Below, piece after piece: positions 10,273-24,800 of a DNA stretch of 64,000 nt. Source of the stretch: Rhina ancylostomus (Eukaryota); assembly GCA_030265395.1 (NCBI GenBank), contig JARFYF010000007.1, positions 39,219,376 to 39,283,375 on the forward strand, in the 5' to 3' direction. The notes below the pieces were generated by a model. That model was not told the origin of the DNA. It was given only the letters and a program-made list of their open reading frames with translations, and ran no database searches. How positions within the stretch are numbered: the first letter of the stretch is position 1; every line of letters begins with the position of its first letter. The position numbers and the translations under genes are program-made.

Positions 10273-13200
10273 AACATTCTATTTGTGGGATGTATTTGAT
10301 GGTTTAAAATGACTGGGGGTTTGGATGCTGGGTTAGGGAATGAGAGGGTGGACAGTGAAGACTCAGGGGGGCAGGTGCTAGAAAAATCGTGGAGCTGGTA
10401 GTGGGAGACATTAATTGGATATCCAGAGAAACATTCTTGGTTACTGCTCTTCCTGATAGGAACAAGATTTGTATTCAATATCCATTCCATTTCATTGGTA
10501 GGGAACATTACACATGAAGGAGAACGATTTAAGAGGAGGTGCGACGATCTTATCATGGGAATCGTATCATCTTTGGGAGTGGTTGATCGGAAATAAAGAT
10601 CTTTTCAAATAACTACCACACACTTCTGCATTAAATAACACAAAAAGTGCTTGGAACAGTGAGTGAAATTGAACTTGCGAAAGGTAAAGTTGTCCACTTC
10701 TTGGAGGTAAATAAAATAAATGTTGCACCGGTGCATATCACTAAACCGTTAGATCTCCTGTTTGCAAACAACTGCAGTTTTCTGACTGGACTGCTTGAGA
10801 AGCAATGTAGACATTTTTAGATAACAAAGAGGTTTCCTTAAAGATACATTTAGAGGGATAAACTCTGTGAAATGACTCCTGAAGCTGTCGTTTTTCAGCA
10901 TCGTAACTTCAGGTCTAAATTGGAATACTATAGATCGTGGTTTAGGTTGGCTCTTGCGTAAAAACTTCGCTTGCATCTGAGGCCTTGGACACAAGCGACC
11001 AGGTGTCGCANNNNNNNNNNNNNNNNNNNNNNNNCTCAGTATTGTTTTCCAAGCCAAGGCTCAAGAATTGTTCTGGCATAGCTGAAGGTGAGGTGATTGG
11101 GACAGGATGGGGAACTTGTATTGTGTGGCATTGTTCGCTTGAAGTGCAGAAATGAGGGGTTGGATTGGACCATCACTTGACTGTCTATGTCAGGGGGGAA
11201 AATTGAGATTTTCAAAAGAGAAGGTGCCCAGCTGAAGTGGGTGGTCCCAAGGATGAAGGCAGGTAATTTATTTACCTGGCAAACATTCTAGTCTAATACT
11301 GCACTGGTAAGACCATAAGGTTCTGTGAATGCTCACTGATAAGGACTATCAAGACAACTTGGTGTAAGTTCACCCCATGCAACTCTGCCATGGAAATTAG
11401 GGTCACATGAATGAATTATTTCAGGAAATGAACATGATGACTGGTATAAATGACTTGCAAATAGTCATTCTTGCATTTCACTGCATTATTGCACTACACT
11501 ACATCATTGCATTATGCATTACTGCATAAAATTGATTTCAATTGCATAAGACTGTAAAAAAATTGTGCAATTGACTTTTTGAGCAATAATAATTAAATAC
11601 ACTAATTCCAGGTCATCTTACAGCACAGTTAATAATAGAGAATAGCTTTCTTAATTGACGATAATTTGTCATTCCCAATGAAGCATGCTTGAAATCTGCT
11701 CTACACCACAACTGCAGGCAGGAATGGATATTTACGACCTCAACATTAATGCAAGCAGAATGTATTTATTTTTTTAAGAAACAATTTATTTAAAATGCTG
11801 TTGACATTTTTTTTCAGAATATGACTTATAAACTATGTCGATTGCTTGCTATATTGCCACGGAAACAGATTTTTTTGGCAGTGCAAAGTGCTGGTGGGTG
11901 CAAATCCAATCAACAATTGAGGTGATCAAAGAAACCCACATCCCACAGCAATCACCAAGGCTGAGATACTCCTGAGCATTTTTCTTCAAAAAAGGTGAAG
12001 AAGATATTGAAGAATAGATCCTCTAGGGCATTTGGGACATGCTGTAATACATTTCTACCAGTTGCATTCTGTGGGTAAAAAGGAATGTAAAGTATTTTGG
12101 TAATGGATGAGAATGTCAAGTGCCAGAAACATCAAGGAGTTTTAATTTGGGGAGGGCACTGCTCAAAATTGACTTAAAGGAGCTTTAATATTAAGGAAGG
12201 AATTTAATGATCTTACAATTGGAAAAGAAGGTACAATATTCACAGGCTGCTGCTCCTCAACAGTTGACATGAGTGGTCTGTCCCCAGTATAGATGGACAA
12301 AACATATCAAATAACCAATCACATTAGAAACTGTGTTAACCACAAGTTTTCCAAAATTATCATTTGTTGATGTCATAAATGATTGTATTGTGTTAAAAGA
12401 AGGAAAAGAGGTGAAAGTCATAATTCTGATAACATACAATGTTATCTGAGCTATAGCTACCAGTTTCAGAAGTAGCAAGTGGCACTGCATTTTGAGGTCA
12501 TTCTAACATCTGCCCAAAAGGACCACAATGGCATTGTTAAAATCCAAAGCTTCACCTACCAGCCTAGATTTATTCAGTTACCATGTAGGTTTCAATCATT
12601 AAATGTGTGGGCTGGATACCCATCTATTTCAGTAAATACTAGGTGGGATCCTACGACTTGCTCCCAACAGCAACGCATGAGCTTTTCTGTTTCCCTCACT
12701 GATATTTGGAATTTAGCAGCATAACCAATAACCCTTAAAGGGGCCACAGCGATCTCCTTCATAGAAATAGCTCCTCATTTTGTCAGTATGCTGTCATGAT
12801 TATACTCACTCTGCACTCTTGTCAACTTAGTGAATTAGAATATTGGCAGCTTTCAATTATTTTTCCCTGTTACTTTTAACAATGGTGTATTGCAGCAGTA
12901 AAACACTTGGTAAAAAAAGACTTCCATGGTATAGGGGGTTAGCCTTAAGCCCATTTGCAATGTTCCTGCAGATCTCTCAACAAAGTGAACAAAATGAAGC
13001 TCCAACAAATTTGCCATTATGATACTGTGCAAAACACAGCACCTCAGACACTGTGCCAGCTGTGTTAAGTTCTTAGTGGTACATCAGACTCAGGCATGTA
13101 TTGCAGAGATTTTCCAAGGGAAACAGCTTATGCACTAGGTGTTAATTAATTCTTTGCTACATGAAATTTGCTTGATTTGGCTCAGTTGTACACATGCATT

Positions 13201-15665
13201 TTTCTAAATATTTCAAGAAAGACTGAATCAGCATATGGCATGATATGAGTTACACAATACTATTCACTTCCATAAATTCTGTTGTCTGAGGTTGTGTTAA
13301 TTCTGTTTTGGGTAACAGGAGTCTGTGACATTGAAATCTTTGGAGACTTATTTAATTCTGCAGGGCCAAAGCAGATTTGCTCCACATAAATCAATATAAA
13401 ATGTTTATTTTTCATTCAATGGATATGATATTAAATCCATATCCTCAAAAGAAAATATCAACATACAATTCTGTGTAATTGACTCAATTTATTTTACAAT
13501 ATTAGAAACCTGTAGAGAAGTCTTTTGCTGAGTGCACGAAAGATTCGTCTATTTTTAATACTTTATGGTGATCCTCAGTAATGAAATAGTTAAAAGGGTA
13601 GCTCCTAACAATTGACCAATTATTCCAATATACAGTAGTGGTACTTTGGGAATTGAACATGTTTTGGACTGTTTGTTATGTCCAAGTAGAACATTTTTTA
13701 CTGTCAGTTATGCAAGAAAGCAATTACTAGCTTCGGCATTCTCAAAGCAATAAAGTACAATTGATAGGTACATCTGCTGGCTGTTAACTACGAGGCTGAC
13801 TCCAAGTATCACAGTCAGTTGCATAAACAGGTTTTAATCAAGTTTACAGCAATGTAAAATATTGTGGATTCATTAAAGTATTCAGGGGGTTGTTAGCATA
13901 ATCTTTCATCAGTTGGTTCCTGGTGCACATTGTGAGCATACACTTATTTTTCTTCTGATTCTTGTTTTGATGTTAAAAAGGTTTATACTTTTCCCAGAGG
14001 GTCACTGACTTTCAGAATAATCTGTTAGTTTGCAGACAAATTCCTGGGATAGGGGTGGGGATTACTGGTCAACATGTTGCAATGGCAGATAACAACTTCT
14101 GTAACAGAGTTACACATACCCAACCATCTCAGGGTGTTACTATGGCATCAGTATCTTCCTGTTGAAATGGTCCACCAATCTAGGGAACTCAGCCACAACC
14201 AGAGACATTATACATTGATCATAAATCATGTCATTTGTTGGTCGAACTGTTGCCAGTAATGACACCCCAGTTACCTTCAAATTCATAAATTTATACAGTA
14301 TCTTAATTGTCTTACATACGGAACCCTGCTGCAATATGACTGAATAGGAAAGATTTCAAGAACCAACTGGTCTTGTTCTAGTTTGACTGGCATTCAAGAG
14401 GGTTTGATGCTCGGAAAAACACCACTAACAAATCTGAAAATCTCACTCAATAATTAGCTTATAACGTTACCAACCGGCACTAAAAGTAAAGCAGAATTGC
14501 TTTACTTCTTGGTAATGCAATTTCAAATTCACAAAGTCATTGTTTGGCACTGCACAAATGATTTCTGGGCTAAAGTATTTCAAATCATGAGGTATTATCT
14601 TTGTTTCACATATAACCCAGATAATGTTGCTTTTCTTTTACACAAATTGCTTTTCACAATTTCAGAAAAGGTTCTACCATATATTGATGAGGCAACAATG
14701 GTGCTCTAATTCCAATTACAGCACGATGACAATGAAGATCTGAACCAATCATTGTTGCTGGCAAAGAAACAGGAAGATGTGGTGAGACCAAGATTAAGTA
14801 ACATAAAATACATTAATAAAGGATGTGATGTTCTGAGAATTGGGGATGTGGGAAGGAATGATATAATTTACAGATGCTTAACCGAAGACAAACACAAATT
14901 TAGATACCTGCTTGTGACCAGTTGTAATGTAATTCAGCTGGTTGACAGCTGGAGTTTATTTCTTCAATATGCATCAAAGACTCAATACCCAAAGACCAAA
15001 CATCCAACACTCAAAGACCCAAGATATATTATTTTCAAACATGCTAGGTCTACAGGAGGACACATGCCGAGGCTACAGACTGAAACTTTGTGTGCTGAAG
15101 TCATACAAGTCAACAAATGACAAAAGAATGATGGTGCAAAAGAGACATGCCAGAGTAGCTGATGTATATAGGATGCTTTCTACATGGTCAAAGTGTACTG
15201 TCCTCATCCAACAGAGGAGCAAAGTAGTTAGAAAAGAAAAATGTCCAAGAAGCAAGCCTGCGTCTGCTCTCTGCAAACTAATGGCCACGTCCAGTAAATA
15301 AAGATCAGGAAGTATCCTGACAAGAGGCTTTCTCCTAATAGTTAACAATTCTAAGTGGAGGTCAATAAGGAAGGGAAAAAAAGTGAAGAATTTTATTTGT
15401 GGCTTAACAACAAATAACAGACTACCAGGTAGTCATTACATGCATGAAGGTCTAAATTCACTTCTGCTATAGCTTTCATCCTGCTTTTTCATGCCCTTTA
15501 AAACTGGAGCACAGTGGCAATGTTAATCTATTCTTTACTGGCTGTAACCTTTCAGTATTTCTCCTTGCTGCAGTGTCTGGGAGATGATTAAATTCTTTGC
15601 TTCCTGCCTTGAGTAAATTCAGTCACTCTGACACTAAATGATTAATGATAAAGTTAGTCATTTAC

Positions 15666-15860
15666 CTTGCTCGCAATTCTCTCCTTTATAGCCAGCGTTG
15701 CAGATGCATGTCCCCATGATGCAGGTGCCATGGTTGCCACAAGTTGAGTCAAGGCACTGGTTTGTGGGAATGTCGCACTCTGCTCCCTTCCAACCGCTGT
15801 GGCACAAGCAGCGTCCCTTCACATACTGGCCATTGCCACTGCATAGCACAGGGCAAGATG
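15666..15860 (-). CDS. TENM4: TENM4 coding exon (195 nt), EGF-like repeats 2 and 3
   Basis: Acceptor ctttgcag|CA, donor G|gtaaat. Encodes [68 protein letters not shown]2 has Tyr in place of the third Cys (5 Cys), the known teneurin feature that leaves a free Cys for dimerisation. Confidence 0.96.
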
Positions 15861-18800
15861 CTGCAAAGAGAATCAATATGACATCAAACATTGACAATGG
15901 AGGCAGCTAGCCATTTGCTGAGAGATTTTAAGCATTTAATCACCTTCAAACAATCACAGTTTAGTTTAGATCCCAATAGTTTTTTCAAGCATTGTTTGTA
16001 TTGGCAGGAGTAGAACTAATCATGAATAAACAGGGGTTTGATGGAAAATTAAGGAAAGATTTTCACAGGGTTATGAATAACTGTGGACTTAATGATTGTA
16101 GGGTTTCAGAATAAATTATACATGGAGTAACTTTCAACTTCAGGAACTTTCCTCTCTTCCTGTCCATCACTGGTTGGCTCAAACATTATTCTGGCCAAGA
16201 GGCAGGCAACCTGATTTCAGGCTGGTGCTGCCACAGTCCTGGTGCTGCCTGCTGGGGCCAAATGTTCTTCATGGCTTCCTCCAGTTTCTGAGTTGTGATT
16301 GGAAACTAGAACACTGCCAATTCATGATGTAGACGAATGCACTAATCTCCAGAAGCTAAAGGACTGTACTGTTAATACTGAGGGTGTAATTACATATTTC
16401 ACCTGCAGATAACTAGGTATATAATCTTGTTCTAATAAATTTTAATCTTTAGGAGGCATGTTGAAGCATGGTTTTTTTTTTCGTTTTACTGGCAAAAAGT
16501 GAGTAAGCTCAAAATTGAACCACTTAAATGTAGCTTGAGGATAATTGGGAAAGAGCCAATGAGTGTCTAAAGTAGGACAATCTATGAGCATTGGTTATAC
16601 AACTTATTTTCTACACCTGAACAGCTCATTTCCTGTTTGCACCTCCAGCATTCATGATTTATTTCATCCAATGATAGAAAAACAGCTTCTGGGCCAACTG
16701 AGCCATGAGTTATTGCTTCAGCTTGATTTCAGATACCTTCCTAATGGGAATTAGTTGGCATGTAAAGGTAATGACTGAACCAGTGCAGAGCTCTTCCACA
16801 GCTCGTAGAACATAGAACAGTACAACACAGGAACAGGTCTTTCGGCCCATGATATGTGTGCCAACAATGATGCCAAATTAAACTAATCCCATTTGCCTGC
16901 AGATGGTCTATATCCCTGCATTCCCTGTCTGTTCATGTGCCTGTCTAGATGCCTCAAAGAAAATACAGGCAATTATGTTTCCAACATACTTACAATCCTT
17001 TCCCATTCCTGGCATTAATGTCAAACATTTTGAAATATCACTTGATATAAAATTCACCTGCATTCAGATTTTAAATGAAGCAATGTACCATCTTTCACTT
17101 TGCAAACAGAAAATTGTCCTCCTCAGTTGCTGTAACATAATAAGGGGCAGTATGTTTAATGTTCTGAGATTTGGTTCTTTTGCAGTCAATAGAAGAGAAT
17201 TTTAGAAGCAAAGCACACTGCAGAGTCAATGATATTTTGTGTGTTTAATGTGGGTGACTGGAGATGAATCTCTTGCCTATATGTTCAAATATGAAGAAAC
17301 AGGGTGTCACGCTGGAGGAGACAGACAGCTCAGCGCTGATCAGTTTGACTCTCAATTAATAAGCTAGAACAAGCAGCAGGCATTTTTATTTTCATGAAAA
17401 CATGTTTCAGGGAAGGGACCATTTCTTTGTATCTGGTGTCAGGTCTGAGTAATACCAACAAGGTGTATCTTATGCTAGATTCAGTGTTCTTCGGGACTCT
17501 GGAAGTCAAAGCAGGAACTGTTAAAAGGAAGTTGGAGGTTGCTTCCTAAATGACAAGATTCTATCTTCTTTCACACACCTTCTTACGTAGTTGGAAGGAA
17601 TTGGAGCATTGTTTGGTTACATGTTACTTCTGGTTACAGGTTACTCCTCCACTGCCAGGATGAGGCCCAAGGCAAACAAGAGGAACGACACCTCATATAC
17701 TGCCTGGGTAGTGTACAACTCAATGGTATGAATGTTGAATTTTCCAGTTTCAGATAACCCTCAGTTTCATTTCTGCCCCCCCACCCTTCCAATCCTCCTC
17801 TGGTCTCTCAATTTTTGTCCACACCCTTTCCCCCCTCCATCACCCACCCTCTCTTTCTGGTTCCATCCACCCACTTCCCACCCATTTCACCCATCAGCCC
17901 TCCCCCCATCTGGTCCTCNNNNNNNNNNNNNNNNNNNNNNNNNNNNNNNNNNNNNNNNNNNNNNNNNNNNNNNNNNNNNNNNNNNNNNNNNNNNNNNNNN
18001 NNNNNNNNNNNNNNNNNNNNNNNNNNNNNNNNNNNNNNNNNNNNNNNNNNNNNNNNNNNNNNNNNNNNNNNNNNNNNNNNNNNNNNNNNNNNNNNNNNNN
18101 NNNNNNNNNNNNNNNNNNNNNNNNNNNNNNNNNNNNNNNNNNNNNNNNNNNNNNNNNNNNNNNNNNNNNNNNNNNNNNNNNNNNNNNNNNNNNNNNNNNN
18201 NNNNNNNNNNNNNNNNNNNNNNNNNNNNNNNNNNNNNNNNNNNNNNNNNNNNNNNNNNNNNNNNNNNNNNNNNNNNNNNNNNNNNNNNNNNNNNNNNNNN
18301 CCCAAAGATGCTGCTTGACCCACTGAATTTCTCCAGCAGGTTTTTTGTTGCGGTCTCTTGTTTTTCCATCCTGATTACAAATTATATTTGGAAGCATTGG
18401 ACAGCCATTCCCCAATGTCCTTCCTCCCTAGATCAACTAACCTTGCCCACTAGTCTGTCTTAGGTGGAGTCAATCTTCGTTTTCCCACTGATGCCCACAT
18501 CTCACAATAATAACCGATTGCAGCTGGCAGATTCAGACTTCACATTCCTGACATTAGGCTTACAGCTGTTAGCCATGTACACTGCACCAAGAAATCCAAT
18601 CTCAAGGCCAATTTGTGTAACCAGTCTAGCACTGAAGATTTTGCCCATTGTAAAATGTTACCATTTTTTACATTTACACATATTCAGGGTAGGATCAATG
18701 GATTAGTTATTCTTCCATGAAGTTGACAAATTTAGTTTCTGACTGACCACTACAACAATAAAAAAAAGCTCTTACCTCGTGCACAGTCTGGTCCAATGTA

Positions 18801-21800
18801 ACCGAGAAAGCAATGACATGTTCCTGAAATACACTCTCCATTCCCATAACAATTGGCTGGGCATTCATCTGCAGGCTCTGTGAGGAAGTGAAATCATAGG
18901 CTGACATTAGATTTTCTTAATGCATACAAAGATTAGTAACGTGCAATATTTTGACACATATGTTCCTCTTTTTTAAAAAAATTACTTTTGACACTTCTGC
19001 CAATGCAATTCCCTCCTGCAGAGGAGGATCATTTGAGTCTTCTGTCCCCTTCGCAAACACCAAGCATGTCTCATTACGACTGACCAACAGCTGTGGGGAA
19101 ACATTTCATTTTTCTATCCAATGCCTCAGCAGAGCTGTAATATTCTGGTTTCAGATTGAGGGTGGTGAGGGCTGTGGGTGAAGGGGTCGCAGTGGAAAGA
19201 TGGGTAATTTGGAGATTGACTAAAAGAGCTATCGAAACCCATTTGTAGCAACAACTCCAGAACTCAATATAAACCAGGCATCAAACAGATAAAGCTGCTG
19301 ACTTCAGTGAAATGTCAAAAGGAAACATAGATTTCTATTAAAAAGATCATTCAATCAAGGGTGATGCAGAACTGCAGGAGAAACAATTGTTGTGGCTTTG
19401 AATGAAGAGTCCCTGTCATTCGACACATCTGCACTTTCCTCAAAGATATCTGTGTGCTTTGTACTGGAAGTTGTGATGATTAGAGACAAACTTCAGCACA
19501 TTGTCTCAATAGGGGACCCAGTACCTGAGTAAGAAGATCAAACAAAAGTATGTCTCTTCAACGAAATGGACTGATGAATTCTGAGTGAATCATTTAGGGT
19601 CTGAACCAGCATTGGTTACAATAGTTAAGTCATTGCCAAATCAAAACAAAGTCACGGTAAACTTGGGATTCAGAGAAAAATAAAAGACCCAGAAAATAAA
19701 ACAAAGAGTAAGTGACAAATTAAAGAAAAAATCTGACAGTAATTAAAATCTGAAGGACAGAGACTCAAACTTCCAAAAATTAGTTTCCCTGCCAGGCAGA
19801 ATGTGAAGACTATCATTGTTAAATATCCACTTAGACTAAAATAGTTCTTGGTGAGTTTAGTGTGAATTTGATTGGCAAGCACAACACCTTCCATTTGTTT
19901 CAAAAACATGTCGCTTGGCAAGTTTTCTGAAGCAGTAAAGCATGTGGAGGAGCAGGGAAGTTCAGACAGCAACTTCTTTATTTCCATGTTTAACTGCACA
20001 TGTGTGAATGGTGGAATTTAAGCTTTCATGGCAGTGAATAAGGGTAGCTTCATCTTTACTTTTAAGGTAAAATTCGGGCCACTGAAACATCAATATTAGT
20101 TGAGCCTCCAGATATTTGACTGAAATTATTAGGTTTGTTTTTTCAGATCAGAATTGCAAGTCTTCAATGTTTTCCTTCTTGTTTACAGTTTGCATTGACT
20201 TGCACTAGTTCTGGGTATGGTATGAAATGTCATTATGCAACAGTCCCCACACAGTTAATTTAAGTTCTGTTCAAAGCAGCACAAAAAAGCCCATTATTCC
20301 AACAGAGAACTCAGTTTAGAGACTGAAAGTAGGCCAGTTATTTCTCAGTGTCCCACTCTAGGAAACTGATTGACGAGTTAGAAGATCATGTTATGATGAA
20401 TACTGTAGAAACTACAGGTAATCAATTATCTTCTGAAACTAAATATTTCTTATGCTCTGTTACAGTGCTGATAGTTCCAGAGCAAGCTGCTGAGAGACCA
20501 CCAGCTGTGGAGAGAGTCTACTTATTGTCTAATGCCATCGGAACTACTGTTCTCCAGGGAGCTAATCTTCAATGAAGTTTGCTGGAAGAGTGATTAGAAA
20601 AGCTCTAAACATTGGTCTAGGGATTTGTCTACAAGACAATTCCTGAACACAGGGAGTGTAAATCATCTTGCACTCAGGTAGGTCTCAAAGGTAATTCACA
20701 GAACAAGATATTGTGCAGAAGTTCTTGTCTTATTAGGCAGTTCCGACAGATAGAGTTTCCATTTTACAGTGGATGGGATAACTTTTCCCAAATTACATTA
20801 ATCTCAGATTAATAATAAGGTTCATTAACCAGGGAAGAGCTTGACATCAGATTCAGAATCCAAACAATTCTGTGTGATAAATCTGCATACAGAAGGAAAA
20901 ATTATCTGAATTTTAACTCACTCAAGAGCTGGTGAGCCACTTTCATGAACAATGTAGACAGCCTTGAAGGTGCTTCCACAGTGGAGTGGGAATTATAGCA
21001 ATTAGATCCAGTGGCAAGGAAGGAATGGAAAAGCACTTCCAAGATATGGTTTTAATTTTGGATGAATTGAACACAAAATAAAAATTGATGGTTTAAAAAC
21101 ATAACCTTTCACATCCTTCTTAGTCTCTCCCAAGGCTTTTGAACCAATACACTCATTAAATGTAGTCACTGTGGTAATGTAGGACCAATTTGTGCACAGG
21201 AAGCTCCCACAAAAACATCAATGTCAAAATAAGCAGACTATTGGCTTTAAAGATGTAGAGTGAATGCTAAATATTAGCTAGAACAAGGGATAAATATCCA
21301 CTCCTCTCTTCTGAAATTGTGCCATGGCGTCTTTCACATTCACCTGAAGAAGCATGCAGAAGTTTTGTTCAGCATCTCATCTGAAAGCTGTTTGATCCCT
21401 TAAATATGGGAAGGCTATAAGATATATATACTCAAATTATTATTGATTCAAGGAATCTAGATATTAATACAGCAGTTTAAAACAGACAAATAAATGTAGA
21501 CTGAGTTTTTTTTAAATTTTAAGAATAACCACACACTTTCAGGCTAAACTAAAAATAGGGGTATTTCCATATTCAGTTCAAACCTAAAATCTTTACAAAT
21601 AATGGTCAATGGGGATTAATATAAAAATAAACATAAAATGGAATGGTTATATTTAAAAATCCGTATAGGTTAAAAAGTAGGCATTTTGAAATTGTCAGAT
21701 TTATGAGGCTCTCTCAATCCCATAATGGCAGAGCTGGTACTAGGGCCTTTTCTTTGAGGGATGAATCATATATATTATGTAAAAAACAAGTAATAACTGT

Positions 21801-24800
21801 GATCAATAATTTTATGACTTTCTAAATATTTTTTCCTCATCATCATCATGTTTCAGTAAGAACTTACCTATGGCAGTAGTTATAAAGGAGACCTGCTCCA
21901 TCTGTTTCCCATCATTGTAGAAGGCTAAGTGCCAGATTCCAGAATCCAGATATCTGATGAATCCAGTCTCACGATTTGTCAGAGGGATCAGGGTTCTCTG
22001 TTGGTGTTGCTGGTATCCCTCCAGACTTCTCATTTCCTGTGCTAGCAATCGTCTGCCATCCAATAATTCCACAAATCCAAACTAGCAGAAAAGAATGACA
22101 AAATGTTTTATTCCAGTTGCTGCACAATCACTACAGTATACACCAATGTCCAGATATTACCTGCCCTATAAAATCAACTTTTGTACAAATACTGCAGAAA
22201 ATTGCCATTGCTCGGGGCCATCAATGCAGGAGCCAACAATGGTTGGCTCAAGACAATGGTTGATGTTCTGAATGTCTATTCTCTTGCCTTAGATGCTTTT
22301 ACTGTATTCAATCTATTCTGATTGCAACATTAATTTTATTTTAGTGATCCAGCTAGATTACTTAAACCAGGCACAATAATATTTTTCAGGCGCACTGTAA
22401 AAGCCATTTTGAGCCAGTGTAGTACAAAAGTTGCATAATTTTATTTTGACTTAAAATGCGAACAGTTTCACTGCATTTTTGCACTTCACAAGCTGACCTG
22501 CCCTGAACTGATTTAAGGCACAATAGTAGATGGAGTTTCCTGATTTGGAGAAATCGCTGATTCCAGTTTAAATTTTATGCAAAATTATGCTTGTTTTCAA
22601 AAGTGTACATTCCTGGGGTTGGGACTCAAGCTCTTTTACAGATCATCAAATCAGTGCAATCAGGAGACCAAATTAATGATTTAAAGAAAAGTTGGTTTGA
22701 ACATAAAATTCCAAAGGGGATAATCTGAAAATTGATTACAGCAGCTGAAAATAGTTTCGCAATAAAATAAGTTTGTAATTACATTGCATTTACTTATTTA
22801 ACTGGCAACAATCCTGGACATTCATACATACTTATATAAATGCTGTAGCCCAAACTTACTAATAGTTGGTGATTTATATTTTTCTGCCTACCATCACCAT
22901 ACTCCACCCTGCTGAGTATCCCCAGTATATGCCATGGGAAAATCACAATCCTCTGTTAGTTTAGACCTGGTGCGGGATCCATAGCCTTAATTCATTTCAA
23001 AGGGATTGTAGGGCTCAGGGAAGAAAGGCAAAAACTTAATTTCCTTTCTTCTGAATTTTTTTGGAGACTTGTTCAATGTTTTTTTTATTTTAAGGTATTT
23101 TAAAATATTTTTGTTCATCCCTTATTTTTAAAATATAATGCTTCAGATGTTTTACATTTTATTTCATTTTTAATAGGTTTCATAATTTTTGAATGTCAGT
23201 GACATCGAGAAATATTTTAAAGCTCAGACAAAATTTGTTAGCTAGCAAAGCTGGGAGTAGAGCTTTGCCATCTAATAAAAATTCTCAGGGGATCTTCGGA
23301 GGGTAGGGATTTCAAATGTACTCACTAGACCTTGGGGCCTTGTTTCTGGACTCCAGGAGGCAACAGGCCTGCACAAGATAGGCTTCTCGCATTCAAAATA
23401 GTAAGTCATGTCATTAAATGACAGCAGGCATCAATTGTGGGCAGTAGGCCTAAGCCAGCAAAATCTGGACATTTCCCATACCATTATCGAGGTAAAATGA
23501 TGTTAAAAAATTTAGATAGGTAAGTCCATTTTTTTAAGCAAATTAGTATGATAATCATATTTTAAAGCTTGGTGATAGAAGGCAGAGGATGGTGGTGGAG
23601 GGTTGCTTTGAGACCAGGGTGCACTGCAGAGGGCTTGCTGTTTGTTATATGTATTAAAAGATCTGGATTCGAATGATCACTAAGTTTGCATATGGCACAA
23701 AGACTGGTGATGTTGTTGATAGTGAGGAGGACAGTTGTCATCTACGGAATGATATTTGGCAAGATCGGTGGAGAAACAATATGAAAAATGTGAGGATTAA
23801 GATGGCTCGGATATACTCAATGGATGGTAGGACCCCAGGAAGTACTGAGAAACAGAGGGACTTCAGATAGGCACATGAATGTGCAGAGAATGGAGGGATG
23901 GGGATCATTGTAGGAGGAAGGGATTAGTTCAGCACAGACATTGTGGGCCAAAGGGCCTGTTCCTGTACTAAACTAATCTATGATTAGTGTAAATGTCCAA
24001 ACATCCATGAAGGCAGCATCACAGGGTGATGAAATCAGAAGGCATTTTGGATACTCACTTTCATTAGTTGGGCATAGGATATAAGAGTAAAGAGGTAACG
24101 GTGCAACTACATAAAACATTAGCTAGGCCACAGCTGGAGTACTATGCACAGTTCTGATCCCTACATTATGGGAAGAATATGATTGCACCTGAGGAGTTGC
24201 AGAGGAGATTCACCAGAATGTTTTCTGGGATTGAGAATTTCACATGTAATGGACACTGGATCTGTTTTCACTGGAATGAAGAAGGCTGAGGGAGGACCTG
24301 GCTGATGTGTACAAAATAATGAGGAAGCAGGTAATCTTACAACATTTAAGAGGTATTTAGATCAGCCCTTGAAAAAATGGCAGAGAAGGATAAAGCCAAA
24401 TGCTGGAAAATGGATTGAGTACAGGTAGGCTGGAATGGACATGGCTGGCTGATGGGTCTGTTTCTGTGACTCTATAACTCTTAAAGAATCTACTAGCTTC
24501 CTTGCATCCAAAACAGTTAGCTTAATTTCAAACCCTTCACTGGGGCCTGTAAATGGCCACCATTAGTGGATACTCCCTAGACACATGGCCACTTTCGTGA
24601 TTAGGGCATGCTGTAAGATCAATTTTACTTTAAATAAGACCAAAGAACTCTTCAAGTTTGAGTTGAATGTAAGCTGCATTTAGAAATTCACAGTCTTTTG
24701 CAAATAGTAACACCAATTTCAATTGAATTGGGCCAAAAATATAGTGCAATCAAGCCAAAACTCCTGGGTTCTTAAATGACACTCTCACAATACTAATAGC

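Noticed and set aside
11455-11572. Cluster of tgca/tgcatt motifs
   Set aside because: No stable period and no TGCATG on the sense strand; treated as low-complexity sequence.
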